Shown here one piece after another: positions 58,647 through 64,000 of a stretch of 64,000 bases of DNA. Location of the stretch: assembly GCA_944385395.1 (NCBI GenBank), contig CALWXA010000082.1, positions 16,385-80,384 on the forward strand, given 5' to 3'. Position 1 is the stretch's first letter. Each line of letters starts with the position of its first letter. The notes beneath the pieces are model-generated. The model did no database searches and had not been told where the DNA came from. It saw only the letters and a list, made by a program, of their open reading frames with translations. Made by a program: the position numbers and the translations under genes. The DNA is from an uncultured Oscillospiraceae bacterium. GTDB taxonomy: Bacteria > Bacillota > Clostridia > Oscillospirales > Oscillospiraceae.

Positions 58647-59318
58647 ATGGCTGCATTTCAGGGATATACCCAGGAAACGGTGGATTTCCTGTGGGGCATC
58701 CGGTTCAACAATGACCGGACCTGGTTTCAGGCGCACAAGGAGCAGTACCAGCGCCAGCTTCTGGAGCCTACCCGGGCTTTGGCAGAGCAGGTCTATGAGG
58801 GGCTGCGGCAGAAGCTGCCGGACGAACCCCTGCTGGTGAAGGTGTCCCGAATCTACCGGGATGCCCGGCGGCTCCACGGACGGGGACCCTACAAGGATCA
58901 TCTGTGGTTTTCCGTCCGGACGGGGGATCAGGACTGGACCGGCAGGCCCACCTTCTATTTCGAGATCGCACCGGACTACTACAGCTACGGACTGGGATTC
59001 TGGGAAGCACCTCCCATTGTAATGGAGCGGTTCCGCCGCCGGGCGCTGGAGAAGCCCCAGGAGCTGGAAAAGCTGGTGAAAGCCTTCCGGCGCAGCGGCA
59101 GATTCCAGCTGGTGGGGCAGGAGTACGTCCGGGACAAGGGAGCACCCAATGAGCTGCTGCGGCCCTGGTTCCAGAAAAAACAGCTGGTGCTGCAGTTTGA
59201 ACGGCCCCTGGATGAGCGGATCTTCCGGCCGGAGCTGGCGGAGGAGCTGATCCGGGAGCTGGGAGAGCTGGTGCCTTTTTATCACTACTTCAACAGCCTG
59301 TGCCTGCAGGTCGATTGA
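58647..59318 (+). CDS. DUF2461-family protein
   Basis: ETVDFLWGIRFNNDRTWFQAHKEQY... resembles the conserved N-terminus of this family, from memory. Confidence 0.75.
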   Translation: MAAFQGYTQETVDFLWGIRFNNDRTWFQAHKEQYQRQLLEPTRALAEQVYEGLRQKLPDEPLLVKVSRIYRDARRLHGRGPYKDHLWFSVRTGDQDWTGRPTFYFEIAPDYYSYGLGFWEAPPIVMERFRRRALEKPQELEKLVKAFRRSGRFQLVGQEYVRDKGAPNELLRPWFQKKQLVLQFERPLDERIFRPELAEELIRELGELVPFYHYFNSLCLQVD

Positions 59319-59339
59319 CGCTCTTTCACAAAAAAGTGC

Positions 59340-59369
59340 TTGACAAAACATGGATACAGAAGGTATAAT
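59340..59369 (+). promoter_or_regulatory. Promoter of the P-type ATPase leader
   Basis: TTGACA (59340-59345), 18 nt, TATAAT (59364-59369). Confidence 0.65.
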
Positions 59370-59395
59370 GCTTTTTACAGCTTACATACTGTACT

Positions 59396-59490
59396 CGTGA
59401 GGGAGTAATTCCGCCGGGCCGTCTGGCCGGGCGAAACGGATTCGACACACGGCTTTATGGCCCGGACCGTTTTGAAAGAATGAGACTCAT
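59396..59490 (+). promoter_or_regulatory. Structured leader, riboswitch candidate (possibly yybP-ykoY/Mn-type)
   Basis: GUGAG(59397-59401)/CUCAU(59486-59490) closing helix. Blocks GGGAGUAA, UUCGACACA and GAGAC appear in the order of the yybP-ykoY conserved blocks. The 3' strand of the closing helix is shared with the terminator. Confidence 0.4.
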
Positions 59491-59528
59491 ACGCATATCC
59501 TATGGGATAGGCGTATGAGTTTTTTATT
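59485..59528 (+). terminator. Leader (attenuator) terminator upstream of the ATPase RBS
   Basis: ACTCATACGC-A-TATCC tatg GGATA-G-GCGTATGAGT, followed by TTTTTATT. Confidence 0.85.
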
Positions 59529-59565
59529 GGCATAAACGCAACGTGGAGAAAAGGAGCGATGCATT

Positions 59566-62232
59566 TTGAACGAGAAGGAATACACGTTGTCGGTGCAGCA
59601 GACGCTGGAGCGTCAGCAGACCACAGAGGAGGGCCTGACCACCCAGCAGGCCCAGGAGCGTCGGGAAAAGTACGGTCCCAACAAACTCAAGGAGGCTCCC
59701 AAGCCCACCCTGATGCAGCGGTTTGTGGCCCAGCTGAAGGACCCCATGCTCATCATCCTCATCGCCGCTGCCGCCGTGTCCGCTCTCACCAACCTCATGA
59801 GCGGCGAGAACGAGATGGCGGAGGTCATCATTATTCTGGCGGTGGTGCTGCTCAACGCCATTCTGGGCGTGCTGCAGGAGAGCAAGGCGGAGGCCGCCAT
59901 CGAGGCGCTGCAGACCATGACCGCCGCCACCTGCAAGGTGCTGCGGGACGGCAAGCAGGTGACGCTGCACTCCGATGAGCTGGTGCCCGGCGACATCGTG
60001 CTGCTGGAAGCCGGTGACGCCGTGCCGGCAGACGGGCGGATCATTGAAAATGCCAGTCTGAAAATCGAAGAAGCCGCCCTCACCGGTGAATCCGTGCCGG
60101 TGAGCAAGATCGCAGAAGTGCTGGGTCTGGCAGAGGGCCAGAAGGATGTGCCCCTGGGCGATCGGAAGAACATGTGCTACATGGGTTCCACGGTGGTTTA
60201 CGGCCGGGGCCGTGCCGTCATCACCCAGACGGGTATGGATACCGAGATGGGCAAGATCGCCGGCGCTCTGGCTGCTACTGCCGATGAGCAGACGCCCCTG
60301 CAGCGCAAGCTCAGTGAGCTGGGCAAGCTTCTGAGCAAGCTGGTGCTGGGCATCTGCGTGTTTATTTTCGTGTTCAACCTGGTGTTCAAGGGCGACTTCC
60401 ATCTGGAAGCCGTGCTGGAGACCTTCATGACCGCCGTGTCCCTGGCGGTGGCCGCCATCCCCGAAGGCCTGGCCACGGTGGTGACGGTGGTGCTGAGCAT
60501 CGGCGTGACCAACATGTCCCGCCGCAATGCGGTGATCCGCCGGCTCACCGCCGTGGAGACCCTGGGCTGCACCCAGGTGATCTGCTCGGATAAGACCGGC
60601 ACCCTGACCCAGAACAAGATGACGGTGGTGGACCATCTGGGCGATACCCGCCAGGTGGCTACCGCCATGGCTCTGTGCTGCGACGCCAATCTGGACGATG
60701 AGGGCAAGGCCCAGGGCGAGCCCACGGAGGCGGCACTGGTGAACTTCGCCGCCGCACAGCAGCTGCCCAAGAACAAGCTGGAAGAAGTGATGCCCCGGGT
60801 GGATGAAGCACCCTTCGATTCCTCCCGGAAGATGATGTCCACCGTCCACAAGCTGGAGAACGCCTATATCCAGTTCACCAAGGGTGCACCGGACGAGATC
60901 CTCAAGCGCTGCACCCGCTGCATGAAGGACGGCAGCGAAGTGCCCATGACGGAGGAACTGCGGCAGGAGATCCTCAGCGCCAATAAGCAGATGGCCGACC
61001 GGGCACTGCGGGTGCTGGCAGTATCCCAGCGGCACTGGGCGGAGAAGCCCCAGAGCAACAAGGCCGAGGATCTGGAGCAGGATCTCACCTTCCTGGGCCT
61101 GACGGGTATGATCGACCCCGTGCGTCCGGAGGTAAAGGACGCCATCAAAGAGTGCCGCAGCGCCGGCATCCGGCCGGTGATGATCACCGGCGACCACAAG
61201 GATACCGCCGTGGCCATCGCCAAGGAGCTGGGCATCATCGACGATGCCTCCCAGGCTACCACCGGCGCCGCTCTGGACGACATCCCGGATGAGGAAATGG
61301 GCCAGGCGGTACAGCGCTACAGCGTCTATGCACGGGTGCAGCCGGAGCACACGGTGCGCATCGTCAACGCCTGGAAGGCCAATGAGCGCATCACCGCCAT
61401 GACCGGCGACGGCGTCAATGACGCACCTTCCATCAAGGCCGCCGACATCGGCGTGGGCATGGGCATCACCGGCACCGATGTCACCAAGAACGTGGCGGAC
61501 ATGGTGCTGGCAGACGACAACTTTGCCACCATCGTTTCCGCCGTGGGTGAGGGCCGCCGGATCTACGACAACATCCGCAAGGCCATTCAGTTCCTGCTGG
61601 CTTCCAACATGAGCGAGGTGCTGGGCGTCTTTACCGCTACCCTCATGGGCTTCACCCTCCTCAAGCCGGTACACCTGCTGTTCATCAACCTGGTCACCGA
61701 CTGCTTCCCGGCCCTGGCTCTGGGCATGGAGGAGGCGGAGCCGGACACCATGCAGCGTCCGCCCCGGGATTCCCGTGACGGCATCTTCGCCGGCGGCATG
61801 CTGGGGGATATCATCTATCAGGGCGTACTGGTGACGACCCTGACCATCGTGTCCTACCTCATCGGCAGCTACTTTGAGTTCGGCGCCGGATGGTTTGAGA
61901 AAGTGGTGAGCCTGGGTGCTTCCGACCACGGCATGACCATGGCCTTCCTGACTATGAGCATGTGCGAGATCTTCCACTCCTTCAACCTGCGGTCTCAGCG
62001 CAAGTCTGTCTTTTCCCTCAAGACCCACAACAAGGTGCTCTGGGGCGCCATGCTGGGCAGCCTCGTGCTGACCACGCTGCTGCTGGAGGTTCCCTTCCTT
62101 GCCAACGCCTTCGGCTTTACACCCGTTGGCGTTACCGAGTACGGCGTCGCTCTGGCTCTGGCCATCCTGGTGATCCCGGTGGTGGAACTGGTGAAGTTCT
62201 TCCAGCGCCGCAGCGCCAAGCGTGCCAAGTAA
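59566..62232 (+). CDS. Cation-transporting P-type ATPase (Ca2+/Mn2+ PMCA/SERCA-like, type IIA)
   Basis: 888 aa with TGES, ICSDKTGTLT, MITGD and TGDGVNDAPS. TTG start 59566 with RBS AAGGAG. Confidence 0.93.
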   Translation: MNEKEYTLSVQQTLERQQTTEEGLTTQQAQERREKYGPNKLKEAPKPTLMQRFVAQLKDPMLIILIAAAAVSALTNLMSGENEMAEVIIILAVVLLNAILGVLQESKAEAAIEALQTMTAATCKVLRDGKQVTLHSDELVPGDIVLLEAGDAVPADGRIIENASLKIEEAALTGESVPVSKIAEVLGLAEGQKDVPLGDRKNMCYMGSTVVYGRGRAVITQTGMDTEMGKIAGALAATADEQTPLQRKLSELGKLLSKLVLGICVFIFVFNLVFKGDFHLEAVLETFMTAVSLAVAAIPEGLATVVTVVLSIGVTNMSRRNAVIRRLTAVETLGCTQVICSDKTGTLTQNKMTVVDHLGDTRQVATAMALCCDANLDDEGKAQGEPTEAALVNFAAAQQLPKNKLEEVMPRVDEAPFDSSRKMMSTVHKLENAYIQFTKGAPDEILKRCTRCMKDGSEVPMTEELRQEILSANKQMADRALRVLAVSQRHWAEKPQSNKAEDLEQDLTFLGLTGMIDPVRPEVKDAIKECRSAGIRPVMITGDHKDTAVAIAKELGIIDDASQATTGAALDDIPDEEMGQAVQRYSVYARVQPEHTVRIVNAWKANERITAMTGDGVNDAPSIKAADIGVGMGITGTDVTKNVADMVLADDNFATIVSAVGEGRRIYDNIRKAIQFLLASNMSEVLGVFTATLMGFTLLKPVHLLFINLVTDCFPALALGMEEAEPDTMQRPPRDSRDGIFAGGMLGDIIYQGVLVTTLTIVSYLIGSYFEFGAGWFEKVVSLGASDHGMTMAFLTMSMCEIFHSFNLRSQRKSVFSLKTHNKVLWGAMLGSLVLTTLLLEVPFLANAFGFTPVGVTEYGVALALAILVIPVVELVKFFQRRSAKRAK

Positions 62233-62248
62233 AATCCTCTATAAGTGC

Positions 62249-62282
62249 AAAAAAAGAAGGCGGAGTTCCGCCTTCTTTTTTT
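62249..62282. terminator. Bidirectional terminator
   Basis: AAAAAAAGAAGGCGG agtt CCGCCTTCTTTTTTT. Confidence 0.85.
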
Positions 62283-62293
62283 ATGTGGGGAAA

Positions 62294-62656
62294 TCATTTC
62301 TTTCGTGCCTGCAGGATAAAACCAAGGCCCAGCCCTGCCAGGGCGCAGGCAAATCCCAGCAGGGGCTGATCCAGAACCAGGCCCAGGGCGTTGCCGATGA
62401 CAAAACCGCCGATGATAAACCCTTCCCAATGCTCCTCGTCTTCATTTTCCACCTGCATGGCGGGGATATCCAACGCCGCATCGATGGAAAATTCCAGGGC
62501 GATGGCCAGCTTCTGCAGGCTGGGTACATCCGGTATCGTTTCGCCCGTCTCCCACTTGCTGACAGTCTGACGGGCCACACCGACTGCTTCTGCCAGCTGT
62601 TCCTGTGAAAGGCCGTGCTCCTTTCTTTTGCTGGCAATCAACAGGTTTAGTTCCAT
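62294..62656 (-). CDS. XRE-family HTH regulator with C-terminal membrane segment
   Basis: HTH LSQEQLAEAVGVARQTVSKWETGE. An acidic linker, then hydrophobic GFIIGGFVIGNALGLVL...FACALAGLGLGFIL. Confidence 0.8.
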   Translation of the reverse strand: MELNLLIASKRKEHGLSQEQLAEAVGVARQTVSKWETGETIPDVPSLQKLAIALEFSIDAALDIPAMQVENEDEEHWEGFIIGGFVIGNALGLVLDQPLLGFACALAGLGLGFILQARKK

Positions 62657-62803
62657 GGGGGTTGACCTCCTTTGCGCTTGCTATGCTTGTCCGCTGAGGA
62701 TAAGGATATCGAAAAGGGAGGGAGCTGTCTACCAATGGAGGGTGACAAGTCCGCCCGTCAACCTGACATTGCCTGTTCTGCCGGCGCTTTGCGTGAAAAG
62801 CCG

Positions 62804-62833
62804 TTGAAGCACTGCCGTCTCCTATGCTATAAT
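62804..62833 (+). promoter_or_regulatory. Putative promoter of the 108-aa gene
   Basis: TTGAAG, 18 nt, TATAAT. Confidence 0.45.
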
Positions 62834-62856
62834 CAAGAAAAAAAGGAGGCGGACGT

Positions 62857-63183
62857 ATGGCCAAGTTGGAAAAGACCCTGCAGGGAAATTTCGATGAGCT
62901 GCTGGGGCGTATTGAAAGCGGCATTCTGGAGGGCAGCATGTCGGCATCCCTGGAGGACAGCAGCGACTTTGTGTCCGGCGGTGCCCGGTGCAGCGTCCGG
63001 GTCTTTGAACGCTACAGCTATGCCGGCGGCAACCGGGTGAGCCTGAACGTGACACTGTTCCAGTCCGGCGACGGGCCGGTACAGATGAGCGCCATCACCG
63101 CCGGCGGCAGCCAGGCCCTCTTCTTCAAGATCAATACCTGGGGCGAGGAGGCGTTCCTGGACAAACTCCGGGAGCTTGTCTGA
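62857..63183 (+). CDS. Conserved-looking hypothetical cytoplasmic protein (108 aa)
   Basis: RBS AAAGGAGG. Translation MAKLEKTLQGNFDELLGRIESGILEGS...VFERYSYAGGNRVSLNVTLF... No motif I can name with confidence. Confidence 0.65.
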   Translation: MAKLEKTLQGNFDELLGRIESGILEGSMSASLEDSSDFVSGGARCSVRVFERYSYAGGNRVSLNVTLFQSGDGPVQMSAITAGGSQALFFKINTWGEEAFLDKLRELV

Positions 63184-63184
63184 C

Positions 63185-63688
63185 TCAGCCCCAGATCAGG
63201 GCGACGCCGTAGGCGATGCCGAACAGTACCGCCCAGGACAGGGCCAGCACCCCGGCACAGCTGAGGATCTTCCGGCTGGTGGGGTACCAGGGGGTCACCG
63301 AGATGCGGCCGCACCACATGGCGCTGATGAGGGCGATGACCATGGGCAATGCTCCGCCCATCAGGCACATCAGCAGGCACAGCACGGCAAAGACCCAGCC
63401 CAATACCGGCAGAGAGCTGTAGGCTTTATAGGGCAGTCCGCTGCCCAGATATACGCCGTCAGATTCCAGGTCTGCCCGGCGGCCCAGGCACACCAGCTGG
63501 CATTCCTTCTGCCGCAGCATCACGGTGGCTGTGGATAAGCCCAAGAGGGACGGCTGCAGCTTGGGCTGAATGAGAGATGTGGTGCCGTCCACCGTCAGTT
63601 CCCATTGGCCGCCGCCGGCGCCGGGGGATACTGCTACCGTATGTAAAGCGCCGGTGTCGTCAGGTACGGTCCATTGATATTGTGCCAT
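63185..63688 (-). CDS. Hypothetical membrane protein (soluble N-domain plus 3 TM helices)
   Basis: 167 aa. RBS AGGAGGAAACC before ATG 63688. The stop lies 1 nt from the stop of the convergent 108-aa gene. Confidence 0.6.
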   Translation of the reverse strand: MAQYQWTVPDDTGALHTVAVSPGAGGGQWELTVDGTTSLIQPKLQPSLLGLSTATVMLRQKECQLVCLGRRADLESDGVYLGSGLPYKAYSSLPVLGWVFAVLCLLMCLMGGALPMVIALISAMWCGRISVTPWYPTSRKILSCAGVLALSWAVLFGIAYGVALIWG

Positions 63689-63791
63689 GGTGGTTTCCTC
63701 CTGTGTTGATTACTCTACAGTATACAATATTTTCGCCCTGGTGCAAGTACCCAAAGAACAAAAAAGGAAAGGGAAAGGATGGGAGGCGGCT

Positions 63792-64000
63792 ATGAAGAAC
63801 TTGGAGCAGCGGATCCGTAACCAGGGTGTGGTATGCCCGGGCGGGATCTTGCAGGTGGATCGTTTTTTGAATCACCAGATCGATGTGGCGCTGCTGGATG
63901 AACTGGGGGCAGAGCTGTGCCGCCGGTTTGCAGGGGCAGGCATCAACAAGGTGGTGACGGTGGAGAGCTCCGGTATCGCCGTGGCCTGCGCTGTAGCACG
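63792..64000 (+). CDS. xpt: Xanthine phosphoribosyltransferase (5' part, runs off the window end)
   Basis: MKNLEQRIRNQGVVCPGGILQVDRFLNHQIDVALL...KVVTVESSGIAVA closely parallels B. subtilis Xpt as I remember it. Confidence 0.85.
   Translation, partial: MKNLEQRIRNQGVVCPGGILQVDRFLNHQIDVALLDELGAELCRRFAGAGINKVVTVESSGIAVACAVA

Noticed and set aside
63689-63791. I expected a purine (guanine) riboswitch upstream of xpt.
   Set aside because: The intergenic region is only about 100 nt and lacks the conserved purine-aptamer junction sequences (for example UAUAAU...CCGUAAAU-type blocks). A covariance-model search could confirm the absence.

Overview
A high-GC chromosomal segment, roughly 60% G+C by eye. 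It comes from a spore-forming Clostridia-type Firmicute, since bofA, yaaL and spoIID are present. An Oscillospiraceae-like origin is only an inference. Gene density is high and most of the window is core metabolism and housekeeping. In order, it holds: pstSCAB-phoU-phoPR; an mglBAC-type sugar ABC transporter; an AraC-type response regulator, a His_kinase-type sensor and two extra binding proteins (a three-component sugar sensor); the Leloir genes (galM divergent from galR-galK-galE-galT); rplM-rpsI; a translationally coupled ttcA-like/MFS/GH2/DUF1643 run; bofA-yaaL, tadA and spoIID; a two-component system plus htrA; a PAP2-GDPD fusion; a split TauE pair; a DUF1540 protein; an M-box riboswitch with mgtE; radC-uvrB, an EamA transporter, ybaK, an M28-like gene and uvrA; recD2-comFC; mreB; an aminotransferase; DUF2461; a riboswitch-like leader in front of a P-type ATPase; a small XRE-centred cluster; and the start of xpt. 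One patch, about 22.56-28.5 kb between galT and rpsI, looks accessory. It holds an unannotated 54-codon membrane sORF with its own consensus promoter and terminator, a Cys-rich lipoprotein flanked by two related hairpins, a start-less serine-hydrolase gene remnant, and the most interesting unit in the window. That unit is a low-GC gene for a Sec-secreted protein of about 114 residues with lactococcin-972-like features, followed by a tightly coupled two-permease/one-ATPase ABC module and a membrane-anchored extracytoplasmic protein. I read it as a candidate uncharacterised bacteriocin/self-protection locus. I found no tRNA, rRNA, CRISPR array, transposase or integrase. The many long ORFs antisense to real genes are high-GC artefacts. 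All family assignments come from reading the translations and from motif memory; no searches were run.
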